Shown one piece after another: positions 11,395 through 24,243 of a stretch of 64,000 nucleotides of DNA. A model generated the notes under the pieces. That model had not been told where the DNA came from and did no database searches. It saw nothing but the letters and a program-made list of their open reading frames with translations. The stretch lies in contig NW_003314369.1 of the NCBI RefSeq assembly GCF_000143415.4, positions 310,001 to 374,000 of the forward strand, in the 5' to 3' direction. The stretch comes from Selaginella moellendorffii. Lineage: Eukaryota > Plantae > Lycopodiophyta. Numbering within the stretch: position 1 is the stretch's first letter; each line of letters starts with the position of its first letter. The position numbers were made by a program, and so were the translations under genes.

Positions 11395-14300
11395 TGTGAG
11401 ACACAAATCCCTAACCTTGAAAGTGGAGCTGAAAAGGGTGCCATATGGTAATAGTTGAAGTGGAAGTTCAACAAGTATAATATATTTGGACCAAAAGCCT
11501 CAACTTGGAAAGTTAAGAGTGGGAGTGAAACTCCAAAAAAAGTGTTTGAGGAATGAGAACAAAGCAATTAATGAATGAGTTTTTAAAAAGGGACACAAGA
11601 AGGATTAACATATGGCAAGTGTTATGACATATGGAACTGTCGAGAACAAGCCTAAAAAGGAGTTTGAGATGGAGTCCAAGAACGAATCCAAGATGGAGTC
11701 CAAGAAGAACTCTGAGATAGAGTTCAAAAAGGAGTCTGAGATAGAGACTGAGACTAGGACTGAGACCAAATCCAAGTTTGAGTCTGAATCTAAGTCCAAG
11801 TCTGAGTTTGAGTCTGAGTCTGAGTTTGAGTCTGAGGGTGAAAACCCAAAGTGATTGTCTCCTAAACCATGGGGGGTTTGGTGAGCTTCAAAAGGATATG
11901 AAGGGGGAGGATTAGTGGAACTAATTTGGCTAAGAAAAACTAGTGTGACCAAGGAAGGTTATACCTATGTGGTGGGTGATAATATAATTATTGAGGAGTT
12001 CAAAGCTAAAATGAACATGAATGGATAAATGGGGTAATTTGGTCAAGTGTTCAAGAACCTACTCTAGCTCCCCAAAGGAGATTAAATGGTTAATGCTCCC
12101 AATCCAAATGTGGGTGGCACTATCTATTTGGATACCTAGTGTGGCTCATCAAAACCTTGTTCTAGCCACATGGCTAGGGCACCTAAGGGCGGGGTTCCAT
12201 ATGTCCCTTTGGGGGGAGTTTTTCAAAAGGGGAAACTTTTAACCCCTTATTCCATGCACCCCACTAGTGACATGGCAATGGAATTAGGGGAAGGGGGAAC
12301 CCAGTATCCCCCCCAAAAAATTTCTCTTGGTGCTTGAAACCCAGTAGAACAAGTCAATAAAATAGTGTCATGTATAAAAATAGTAATCATTACTTAAAAA
12401 AGGAAAAATGAATTTAGTTGAGTTGGCAAAAATACATAGCATTTTAAGAGTGGGGTACATGTTACCCTTAAAATGTAGAAGGGGAGAGTTATTTTTTTTC
12501 TAGGGTGGAGAAATTTCTAGGGTGGGGACGCATGGAACCTTGCCCTAGGGGTGGGAGGGTGGGGAGGATACCCACGAGGCTCATGTAAAGCCATAGTATT
12601 TCAAAAGGTCATCCCAAGTCCAAAATATGGAAAAGAAAGAGGGGGCAATCCCCCTGGTGTAGTGATTAAGGGATAGGATTATATGATGAGGAAGTCCCCA
12701 AGGTTAATGGAACTTAATGGTTAGGCTTTCGAGCCTTGATACAGTGGCAGTGTTAGCAAATACAACCGTGGATGAAGAGGGATTTGGTGGGAACTAAAAA
12801 AGGGATATTGGGGAAAGGTATTCCCCATGTCTCCAAGCATTCTAAGGATGTTAAGGCATGGTTTTAGAATGACCAGTTATAGACAGATGGCTTAGTCTTT
12901 GAGAAATGGGAATATAGCACAAATGGTCTTGCACTACTAATGAGACAAGGGTAAATGAATATGGCTTTAATGTTAAATGGACATGGTTGATATGTTAGTG
13001 GTACCTTTAGGGTGTCTATTGTGGGATTGAACATATAGAGCACTTAGGCCAAATACAAAGGCTAAGTGACATAAATGCTATTCATGAGGCTAATAGGTCC
13101 TAAATCGAGAATAGGACTTATAATGGTTGTAAGAAACTCCTTCAAGTGGTTAAAGGTGTGGTTAAGTGACTAAATAGAATGAAAAATTTAGTCACTTACA
13201 ACTTAATATCGAAGTTGTTCTTTAATATGACTTTTATTGGTGGTCAAATGTATCACCATTTGTATTGGCATTGGAAGGTCCTAGGAATGGGCCTATTCTC
13301 AAGGAGTATCCTATCAAAAAGGCATGACTCTTCACTTTAGTTTATACATGAATATATTGGCAATATAGTGGATAAAAATGTGCTAATAAGGGAATAACTT
13401 TGGGATTTTAAGATCAGTAAGAGGTTTTTCTTAGAGAGTTGAGGATATGATCTATATAAACATTTGATTTAGCAAATTGGTTAATATGGTTATAGTAAAC
13501 AACTACAATTAAGATCATGAGAATGATGGAAACTCTTAAACGATAAAGGAGTTATATAATTATTTTCATATAATTGAGGATGGTGTTTAAGAATTTGAAA
13601 CTAGAGTTAGTGATCATAGCAAGTCAATCACAAATGAGGATATATGTCCTTGAAATGGTAGTTAAGACTATCTTTAATAAATGTTGGAAAAACTTAAGGA
13701 ATTAGAGGGTGTACTTAAGGATGAGCTAATGTTTTCATCATATGGAAAGATAATTCTAAAGGGTGAAAATAGCCCATGTAACACTTGTAAAGACAATCTT
13801 TGTGAATAAGATGTGAATACAAGAAGTTGTATTCAAGCGTGGTGGCACCTCAAAAGTAGCCAAGAGGTTAAGACTTTATAAGATGTCAGATGAACAAAGT
13901 CCAAAACCTTAGTAGAGTCAAGGAATGGTCCCAATGGATTGGAGGAGTCCCATTTGGATGGAAATGTGTTATACTTTATGAAGGATTAGGAGGATTATAA
14001 GATCTAAATATGATAATAGTGGGTATCTCATTAATGGCAAAATATATCATACTAAAGTTGTGGAAAAGTGTTCATGAAAGAAAACAACTTTGATGAGGAG
14101 TTATATGTAAATATTATGTTACAATGCTAACTAATAGTTGGCATAAGAAATGATTACTACTATCTTGGCAAAGACTTAAACACAAGTGGGAAGTGTTGTA
14201 AGAGTAACCTCAAACCCTTTACCAAAAGAATCCTAATGAAAATGAGTTAGGCATAGCTTAATCTAGAATGCATGCAATTCGAGTGTGTTAACCTAAATAA

Positions 14301-14685
14301 TGATGGAGATGTGGAAGCATCAGCGATGAGTTGTAGGATTTGATGATTATGAGGTAACTAAGTAAAAAGTGTGACATAATTGATTAGAATAGAGGAAGTT
14401 AACTTCTTCAGATTTTTTATTGGGATAAAAAGTTTAGATATATCCTTTGGGGGGTAAATTATTTATGTTACAATATAGTGAGTCAATGTCGTAAAAGGAA
14501 ATACTTATTATCAAAGAAGTTATCATTGGGACACTTAAACACTCTAAAACATTAAGAAGTGGTGTTTGACATCATGAGGGCATTAAATAATGCTCAAGGG
14601 ATCAAGTCGTTAGTGAATAATGGATAGAATTCGTTATCTACTATTCAAGGTTGTATAGACGGAAGAAGTCCATTTATCCACATTT
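11395..14685 (+). mobile_element. Family-B element: 5' LTR 11395-13200 plus truncated internal region
   Basis: TGTGAGACAC start, 12-bp/6-bp tandem arrays, ends gtcacttaca, followed by a degenerate PBS. Internal DNA is homologous to 43361-44940. Confidence 0.7.
12187..12545. mobile_element. Tourist/PIF-Harbinger-like MITE inserted in a family-B LTR
   Basis: TIR gggcggggttccatatgtccc versus the reverse complement of ggggacgcatggaaccttgccc. 3-bp flanks taa/tag. Absent from other family-B LTR copies, which read cacc(t/c)aagggtg. Confidence 0.65.
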
Positions 14686-14785
14686 NNNNNNNNNNNNNNN
14701 NNNNNNNNNNNNNNNNNNNNNNNNNNNNNNNNNNNNNNNNNNNNNNNNNNNNNNNNNNNNNNNNNNNNNNNNNNNNNNNNNNNNN

Positions 14786-16780
14786 CGAAAGAATTTGTCA
14801 CGAGTTCTTTCAGATATTCTTTCCTTACTACCACAATAGTAGAAGGTCAGTATTATTGGTCCCTTTTTTAGTCTTCGCCTAAGTTAGTTGAGAAACTTGT
14901 CTTCACATGTGCACTTGACTAAATTAACATAAGGATGGAATTCCTAAATGCTATTAGTCAAGTATATTTGACCTAGTTAAAGAAATTTATTCATTGACTT
15001 ACATTTGCTAGCATTGGGAACCCCTGTGATATTGAGCTTGGTCCCTTAATATTTGATAGATAATAACTTACTGTGTCTAGCAAACACCATTGCTATTATG
15101 CACCTTATGTTAGTTCCATTTAGTCCTAATTGCTATTTAGTGAAAGTGTCTAGATTTACTAATTTGCCATATCTATAGAATGTAAAGATTGTCTTGAACA
15201 CAATGGTGTTGGTCCCGTGTCAAAATTCACAATCTAATGCCATTCCATATTTAGTAAGTTTGGAGTTAATTCTAGAGACTAATGTGAGACACAAATCCCT
15301 AAGCCCCAAAATGGAGCAAAAAAGGTGCCATATAGTAGTGGTCAAAGTGGAAGTTCAACAAACGTAACATGTTTGGACCAAAGCTCTAACTTGAAAAGTT
15401 GAGAGCGGGAGTGGAACTCCGAACAAAGTGCTCGAAGAATGAGAACAAAATAATCAGTGAATAAGTCTCTAAAAAGGAACACAAGAAGGACTGACACGTG
15501 ACAAGTGTCGTGACACATGGAACTGTTGGGATTGAGTCTAAGATAGAGTCTGATAAGGAGTCCAAGAACAAATCCGAGATGGAGTCTAAGAAGGAATCCA
15601 AGATGGAGTCCAAGAAGGAATCCAAGATGGAGTCCAAGAAGGAATTTGAGATGGAGTCCAAGAAAGACTCTGAGATGGAGTCCAAGAAGGAGTCCAAAAT
15701 GGAGATTGAAACTAAAACCGAGACCAAGACCGTTGGAAAGTCAAAAGTGGGACTAGAACTCCAAACAAAGCACTCGAGGAATGAGCATGAAGCAATCGGT
15801 GAATGAGTCTTTAAAAAGGGACACAAGAAGGATTGATATATGGCAAGTGTTATGACACATGGAAGTGTCATGAACAAATTCAAGATGGAGTCTAATATAA
15901 ACTAAAGATGGAGTTTAATATAAACCAGAGATGGAGTCTGATATGGACCCAAGATGGACTTGAGATGGAGTCTGAGATAGACTTAAGATGGTGTTTGAGG
16001 TTAAGTCAAAGACTGGGTCCGAGGTCGAGTCCGAGGTCGAGTCCGAGGTCAAGGACAAGACCAAGACTAAGACTGAGACTAAGACCAAGACCGAGACCAA
16101 GATCAAGACTGAGTCTGAGTTTGAGTTTAAATTTGAGGGTGCAAGCCCAAAGCAATCGTTTCCCAAACTTTGGGGGATTTAATCAGCTCTAAAAGTATAG
16201 TAGGGGGGAGGACTTCAGTGGAGTTAGTTTGGCCAGAAAGAGTTAGTGTGATCAAGGAAGGTTATACTCACATAGTGGGTGATGATATAACTATTAAAAA
16301 GTCCAAGGATAGAGTAAACATGGACAAATAAGTGGGGTAACTTAGTGAAATGTTCAAAAGCCTGTTTTAGCTCCTTTAGGGGATTAAATGGTTGATGCTC
16401 CCAATCTAAGTGTGGGTGGCACTACCTACTTGGATACCTAGCATGGGTCATTGAAACTTCATTTTAACTATATAGCTAGGGTACCCAAGGGTGAAAGGTG
16501 GGGAGAGTATTCATAAGTCTCATGTAAGGCTATGGTATTTCAAAATGTTATCCCAAAGTCCTGAACTATGGAAAGGAAGAAGAGTAATCCTTAGTGTAAT
16601 AGATTGATATGTTAGTGGTACCTTCAGGGTGTCTATTGCGGGATTGAACACATGGACCACTTGGCCCAAGTGCAATGGCTGAGTGGCATAGGTGTCATTG
16701 ATCAGGCTAATATGCCCTAAGTTAGGAATGGGACTTAAGGAGGTTGTGAGTGAGACTCTTCCAAGTGGTCAAAAGTGTGT
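14786..16780 (+). mobile_element. Family-A LTR 5' half (14786-15282) interrupted by a family-B LTR (from 15283)
   Basis: Homology to 53535-54038, then TGTGAGAC directly after agagactaa. The same junction occurs at 29574/29575. Confidence 0.7.
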
Positions 16781-16937
16781 GTAAAGAACTAACTCCTTGA
16801 GGTGTCGTAAGCTAAAGAAACCCCGAAAGCATAACCGAAATGATAAAGAATTCATTAGATGGGACTGAGTCTGAGATCAAGTCCAAGACCGACTTTAAGA
16901 CCAAGTTCGAGATAGAGTCCAGGATCGAGTCTAAGGC

Positions 16938-17756
16938 NNNNNNNNNNNNNNNNNNNNNNNNNNNNNNNNNNNNNNNNNNNNNNNNNNNNNNNNNNNNNNN
17001 NNNNNNNNNNNNNNNNNNNNNNNNNNNNNNNNNNNNNNNNNNNNNNNNNNNNNNNNNNNNNNNNNNNNNNNNNNNNNNNNNNNNNNNNNNNNNNNNNNNN
17101 NNNNNNNNNNNNNNNNNNNNNNNNNNNNNNNNNNNNNNNNNNNNNNNNNNNNNNNNNNNNNNNNNNNNNNNNNNNNNNNNNNNNNNNNNNNNNNNNNNNN
17201 NNNNNNNNNNNNNNNNNNNNNNNNNNNNNNNNNNNNNNNNNNNNNNNNNNNNNNNNNNNNNNNNNNNNNNNNNNNNNNNNNNNNNNNNNNNNNNNNNNNN
17301 NNNNNNNNNNNNNNNNNNNNNNNNNNNNNNNNNNNNNNNNNNNNNNNNNNNNNNNNNNNNNNNNNNNNNNNNNNNNNNNNNNNNNNNNNNNNNNNNNNNN
17401 NNNNNNNNNNNNNNNNNNNNNNNNNNNNNNNNNNNNNNNNNNNNNNNNNNNNNNNNNNNNNNNNNNNNNNNNNNNNNNNNNNNNNNNNNNNNNNNNNNNN
17501 NNNNNNNNNNNNNNNNNNNNNNNNNNNNNNNNNNNNNNNNNNNNNNNNNNNNNNNNNNNNNNNNNNNNNNNNNNNNNNNNNNNNNNNNNNNNNNNNNNNN
17601 NNNNNNNNNNNNNNNNNNNNNNNNNNNNNNNNNNNNNNNNNNNNNNNNNNNNNNNNNNNNNNNNNNNNNNNNNNNNNNNNNNNNNNNNNNNNNNNNNNNN
17701 NNNNNNNNNNNNNNNNNNNNNNNNNNNNNNNNNNNNNNNNNNNNNNNNNNNNNNNN
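16938..17756. other. Assembly gap (others of ~100 N at ~9988, ~14686, ~19181, ~22538)
   Basis: Runs of N. Confidence 0.99.
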
Positions 17757-18114
17757 ATAGTAGGGATAGTGAGGTCTAGGAATCAGTCTTGAAAGAACTT
17801 TCAATGGGTGCTTTCAAACTGACTTGAGGTTGAGACTGGGGTCGAGGGGCCTTGAGTGGGAGTGAGCATGGACTCGAGTGGTGCCAGAGGGGCCACCCAA
17901 GGAACTGCTCAAGAGCAACTCCCACTCCCGAAAGGGAAACCAACTGCAATGCTCTCAGCTTATGTGGAGTGGTGCCCCACTTGAGTACCTTGTGGCTCAT
18001 TAGTCCTTGCCCTTCCTAGGGGCTTGGGCCTTCCCTTTGGGATGGAAGTGGGGGGGTAAAGGTACCCATACCGGGCCATTAGGCCACGGTAAATATATAG
18101 GTAATATGGTAGAT

Positions 18115-21100
18115 AGAAAGGGGTTAATAAAGGAATGATTTTGGGATCTTGAGAATAGTAGAAAGTTTTCTTCAAAGGGTTAAGGATGTGATCTATATAA
18201 ACATTTCATTTAGCAAACTGGCTAATGTGATTATGGTAAACAACTACAATTGGGATCATAGGAATAATGGAAACTCCTAGACAATAAAGGAGTCATAAGA
18301 TTATCCTTATATAGTTGAAAATAGTATTCAAAAAATTAAGACTGAAGTTAGTGACTATAAGAGGTCAAATACAGATGAGGATATATATCCTTGAAATGGT
18401 AGCTAAAGCTACATCTAAGAGATACTGGAACAACCCAAGGAGTTAAAAATGTACTTAAAGGATGAATTGATATTTTCATTATAAGGAAAGATAGTTTTAA
18501 GGGGTAAAGGTAATTTATATGGAATAAAGAATAATAAGTGTTAGAGTAACACTTGTAAAGATGGTCTTTGTGAGTAGGACATGAATACAAGAAATTGTAT
18601 TTTAGTGAGCTGACATCTTAAAAGTAGTTATAAGGCTAGGACTTTACGAGTTGTCGGATTAGCAAAGTCCCAAAGCTGGATGACTTAGTGGAGTCAAGGA
18701 ATGGTCTTAAAAACTTAGTGAAAGCTTTTGGATTGAGGTGGGTTATATCCTACAAAGGACTGGGAGGATCATGAGATCCAAGTATGAGAATAGTGGGTAT
18801 CTCATTAATGGCAAAATACCTATACTAAAATTGTGGGGAAAGGTGTTTACAGAAGAAAACAACTTTCGCAAAGGGTTGCGTGTGAACACTATATTGCAAT
18901 GCTAACTAATAATTGGCATAAGAAATGACTATTATGATTTTTGCAAGACTTAGATATAAGTGGGAAGTGTCGTGAGGGTAGGTTCATAGAGCCAATGGTG
19001 TAGAGACACTAAATGTTTCAAGGGATGACGCCTTGAAATCAAATTGGTTGGTTTATAAGAACCCTTTGCCAAAGGAATCTTAATAGAAATGAGATTGGCA
19101 TAGCCTAAGCTAAAATATATGCCATTCAAGTGTGTGGACCCAAATAATGATGGAGGTGTGAAAGCACTAATAATGAATTANNNNNNNNNNNNNNNNNNNN
19201 NNNNNNNNNNNNNNNNNNNNNNNNNNNNNNNNNNNNNNNNNNNNNNNNNNNNNNNNNNNNNNNNNNNNNNNNNNNNNNNNGTAAAAGAAAATACTTATTA
19301 TCAAAAAAGTTCATCATTAGGACACCAAAACACTGTTAAACACCTAAGAAGTGGTGTTTAGTATCATGAGGGCATTAGATTAAGCCCCAAAGACTAATTC
19401 CCTAAAGAATAATGGGTAAGAGATGCTTTCTAATGTTTAAAGTAGTGGAAAGCTAGAGACTAGAGAAATTTATCTATCCAAAATTGGACAAAGCCAAAAA
19501 GGATTTTAGCTTGACTAGTGAGGGGAACACAAAGGCCCATGAATAACAACATTAATCCTAGTGTGTGGAATTATAAGGTGAGTATATCTAGATTAAAGAA
19601 CCACTCTTTAGACCATTGGGTAGGTTCATCTTTCAAAATACTTGTTAAGGCATAATAGAAAGTGCAAAGTTTTCTTCCTAGCTTAGAAGAAGAATAACCG
19701 AAGGGAATATGTAAGGCCGAAAGTAAGTAATAAAGGAATAAAACTAAACTATAGGAATCAAAAGGTATATCCAAGGGTGCTTATATAAATTAGGTGTGAA
19801 TAATTAAGTGGATGCTCGAAAATGTTGCTATTGGTAATTGTGGTGCCATAAAAAGTCTAAAATGTAGAATTGCACATGTTAGATTTTATAGCAATTAGAA
19901 AGCTTGCATAAAGATAAGCTTTGGCAAGCCAAAGGACAATGTCCCTTCAAGGTTCCTAAAGACAATTCTAGCTAGTTTAGTACCTAGAAAGACAAATGTA
20001 AATGGTTCATAGGAATGCGTGAAATCAAAGTGGTACAGCAAAAATATGGTATTGAAGTTTGCTATGAGGTGAAGCTATCAAAATTGAGATACTCATTTTT
20101 CGGTGGTCATGAACTCTTAGTAAGGAGACTGGCTTGGGGACACCTTTAAGTGGAGGATGCCTCAGAGTCATGATTCATAGTTAAATTACTTAGTGTGAAA
20201 GTTAAGTATATCTAAACACCCTGATGCAAGTGGCACCAAGAACATAGTGAATGAAATAGAGACACTCAATCTCAATTGCTATGAACCTTGGTCAGAAGGG
20301 TTAGCTTAGGTGCACCGCCAAAAGTGGGGGATGCCCCCGGGGTCATGGTCAACAACTTAAAGGTCTAAAAGACATAATATGGCAAACTTGTTAAAGTGTT
20401 AATGTGAGATTACTAGGTGATTTTATAACTAAACAAAGATAAAATCCTTTTCAAAGTAGGAAATAAAGTTTCTAGTTCAAAGTGTTAATTTGAATTATTA
20501 GTAATGGTGTGACTTAATCAATGTGACTAAGTGGAAAAGACACATAAGGGAAATGGGCTATAGCAATGCAATGGTATTATAAGTCCAAGAAATTAGTATT
20601 TAGAGAAGAACTTATGAGTTGGTTGCAAAGTTGGGCAATAAATAAAGCATACAGCAAAAAATGCTAAAGAGACTTACTAAGAATGGACACCTCTTGAACT
20701 TAGCAAATCAAAGCCTTTCCTATGAAATTGAAAAAAATACCTCAAAGACGGAGATAATGATCCTATATTATTTAGTGCAAACAATTAAAGGATAGAAGCA
20801 AATAACTAATGGCCAAAAATCGGCCATAGGAAGTTCTAAATGTATAGTAGGGATAGTGTGTAGATCAAGTCAACCAATCTAAAGCACAATTTAACTTTTA
20901 TTTGGTGCTTGTCTTTGTTCTACACCTGGTTTGGGTCTAAGCCCAAGTTCCACACTATATTAGTTGGTAGAGTATTTATATCCTTACATTATGCCACGGT
21001 ATGCTGAAATAGTGTCAGACTTCATTTAGCTTCATTTTGCATGCTAGTCTTAGCATTGGGATGCTGGAAGTTTTAGGACTATTCTAACGTTACTCTATAC

Positions 21101-22370
21101 TCTTGTCCGTTCACTACTTAGGTTGTTTAAGAATCATTCCATGCTTCAGTTCCTTCACTTCTTAGTTGCAAGTTTAGAAGTTGGGTTTCGTCCCTTCATT
21201 TAGTGGCCCAAGGCCCTGAAACTTAGGTTCCACTCCATTGTTCTTAGACACATGGCATGTGACACATGGAGGGTTAGGTTAACATGCTAGTCTTGGCATT
21301 GGGATGTTGGGAGTTCCTCTCCCGCTCTCAATTTTTCAAGTTGGAGTTTTTAATCCATATGTGTTATACTCATTTGGCTTCCGCCTCAGCCACTACCACA
21401 TGGCACCCTTTTGGCTCCTCTTTAGGCCCTAGGGATTTTATGTTTCACACTCTAGTGCAAGTGGTACTAAGGATGTGGTGAATGAAATAGGGACAACCAA
21501 TCTCAATTGCAATGGACCATTAGTTAAAAGGGTTGCCTTGGGCGCACCACCAAGTGTGAGGGATGCACCTAAGGTCGTGGTCAACAAATTAAAGGTCTAA
21601 TAGACCTAATATCTATTGATAAACTCATTAAAATGTCTATGTGGGGGCACTAAGTTTGATAATCAACAATAAGTTCCTTGGTGGGTTAAAGAATGATATT
21701 CTCAATTTAAAGTAGTAATTTGAACAAATGGTACAATATGACTTAGTCAAGGTGACCAAGTGATAAATAATGCAATAGTATGGTGAGTCCAAGAAAGTAA
21801 TCTCTAAGAAAGATATATAGAAAGGGCCATGAATAAAGCCCATAATAGAAAATACTAAAGAGATTTACTAAAGGTGAACACCCTTTTGGGTTTGCCAAAG
21901 TAGAGCCTTTGCTATGGATATTCCAATGATGGAAATAGTAATTCTATGTTACTTGCTGCAACAATCAAAGAATAGAAGCAAAAGTTTAATGGCCAAAAAT
22001 AGGTTATAAAAATTATTGAAAGAAATCCAAATAATAAGTTAAGTGTGGAATATTTATGTGGTGGATGCTAACAAATTGTGGGAAAAAAAATATATTTTCA
22101 AGGATGGGATTCCTAAATACTCCTATTGGTGAAGATGAAAACTCCAAAAAATGGAGTGGAAAAATAGCCAAATGATAGAGTAAGTATCCCTAACATAAAT
22201 TATGGATAAATGGAATTTGTGGCATGAAAAAAAAAAGAGGATGATAGTGCCCTTAAATACAAAACTTCTTAAAATAGAAAGTGGAGTTTGCACAACATCA
22301 AAAGCACTAAGGAAATTGATTTGAGAAGTTAATATCAATTCTAAAGTATAATGGTTATGTTGATAAAGCC
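18115..22370 (+). mobile_element. Mosaic of family-B internal DNA, a family-A LTR 3' half (~20830-21280) and a minus-strand family-B LTR end (~21310-21449)
   Basis: Homologous to 31520-33360, 48770-49225, 53070-53505 and 60755-61400. Confidence 0.6.
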
Positions 22371-22807
22371 TAAGACTACTCTGGAAATTTTAGTCGCTTA
22401 CAAATATTTAAAAAAACTTGCTAATAAGTAACTTCTGATACCTACAATCATATTTATGACATATTATTAGTCCATGCTCCTATTTTTTTGCTCCTTTCAT
22501 TGTTGGGTCCTCAAGAGTTTGGTTTTATCACTTTATTNNNNNNNNNNNNNNNNNNNNNNNNNNNNNNNNNNNNNNNNNNNNNNNNNNNNNNNNNNNNNNN
22601 NNNNNNNNNNNNNNNNNNNNNNNNNNNNNNNNNNNNNCTTCTCTCTAGACTCAGGAGATGGTTTACATTCATGAATTACATACAAGGAAGCATAAGTTGG
22701 ATTTGGGAGTCACTAGCCTATACATTGTGATGAACTTTCTTTTGATTGTATGATTCAATTGAGCTATTAAGAAATTTCTATAACAGTGACAACCATAAAG
22801 ACAGCCA

Positions 22808-23646
22808 CAGGGATAACCACTGAAGCTAAACAGATCAGCTTTGCATGGCTAATTGTTATCAGGTAATTACGTTTCATGACACTTGGCAGATTAAATCCAT
22901 GCCAATTGGAGGCAGACCATTGGCAAATGTACATGATCCAGTGGTCTAGGATGTTGTTCATTGGTTGATTAGGTGAGAAGGATGTAGCATGACAAATTGT
23001 TGGACAAGCTGAAAGTCCTGGGCTAGATTTGGGAACCATCTTGGGAGAGGCCCCAAGTCGTCATCTGGATTTTGGTAGCAGAATGGAATTACAGGCAGCT
23101 CTCAGGGTTGCGATGGCAAGAATGTGAAAATCTGAATAACCCAGAGTATGATTGAGAGAATGACCACCTGAAGCTTCAAGAGTGGTTGTAGAAATTGAAG
23201 CGTTGTGGGGATACTAAGAATGTGGACAAGGTGCCATTCGCCTCAATCTTTCTCAAAGATCTGGCATTGGAGTGGTTTCATAACTTGAAACCCAGAATCT
23301 TTCCAGACTGGGAGCAATTCAAAACAATGATCAAAACTTTGTGATCTTTGTTATGACTGTCAGCATCAAACTCTCTAAGCTTTTTAACACCTTGTGATTG
23401 CAAGCTCGGTATGAGGTGGTGGGTGTTAGTCAGTGTTATGGAGCAGCATTGCCATCAACCATGGCTGGAGATGTGCTCAAACAAAGCAGCTATGGTAGCA
23501 GGACTCTTTGGTGGATGATCTCATGTTTGACGTACTTTGGCATGGATTTAATCTGCTAAGTGTTCATGAAACGTTTTTTACTTGAATTGCCTGTAAAAAC
23601 TTTGGCCATGCAAAGCTGATCTATTTAAACTTGGTGGTTGTCCCTG
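22808..23646. mobile_element. Element with ~100-bp inverted repeats enclosing a retrotransposon gag-like fragment
   Basis: 22808-22902 pairs with the reverse complement of 23540-23646. Interior ~23200-23331 (+) reads DKVPFASIFLKDLALEWFHNLKPRIFPDWEQFKTMI, a Retrotrans_gag-like pattern. Confidence 0.55.
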
Positions 23647-23982
23647 ATTCGAACACATGGAAATCTCTACTAACCATGAAAGATCAGTGATTTGCTTAAA
23701 GCCTAGCATTAGCTCAAGTACGCTTGCTTTTTTATCCTCTTTGTAGCCACTTCTGGCCTGTTCCCAGTGGTCTTATGCTTCCAGATGGGAGCAAACAGGC
23801 CAAAACATGTATTATTATTGTTTGAGTGCAAGTAAAATCACAGCTATGGAACAAACGAAAGTGGTGGTAGGTTTAACATTTTCTTCTGTTGAGGTTTGGG
23901 CTGAAGTATGTAATAGGATGGTGTGAGTGTCAGAATTTTCACATGCTAAAATTTGAATGTTCACTGCCACTCTTCTTATTCT

Positions 23983-24094
23983 TATATATACATATATATA
24001 TATATACATATATATATACATATACATATATATATACATATACATATATATATATACATATACATATATATATATACATATACATATATATACA
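23983..24094. repeat. (TA)n/(TATACA)n compound microsatellite
   Basis: Directly visible. The paralogous site at ~63166-63178 has only a short TA run. Confidence 0.95.
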
Positions 24095-24103
24095 TTCAAA
24101 TTC

Positions 24104-24138
24104 AAACCCTAAACCCTAAACCCTAAACCCTAAACCCT
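24104..24138. repeat. Interstitial plant-type telomeric repeat (AAACCCT)x5
   Basis: Five perfect AAACCCT units preceded by ttcaaattc, joining the gene 5' region at ccctag. Confidence 0.95.
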
Positions 24139-24243
24139 AGCCTCTGGAGACGATGCGGACTCCAAAGCTTTTGTTGGATCACGTTGAATGCGCCTTCCGG
24201 ATCCCAGGCACTTATCCACCGAGGGTTAGGGTTGCTCAACACC

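Noticed and set aside
15386-16192. ORFs with ESKM/ESKK, LDSI and RPRPR repeats (also at ~7.0-7.7, 11.6, 29.7-30.4, 33.8-34.6, 42.1, 47.6 and 52.7 kb)
   Set aside because: Translations of 12-bp and 6-bp tandem arrays inside family-B LTRs; open in several frames on both strands.
16812-17804. 330-aa and 306-aa ORFs
   Set aside because: Almost entirely N-gap; the same applies to ORFs spanning the other gaps.
24104-24138. True chromosome end
   Set aside because: Only five units, with collinear paralogous sequence on both sides.
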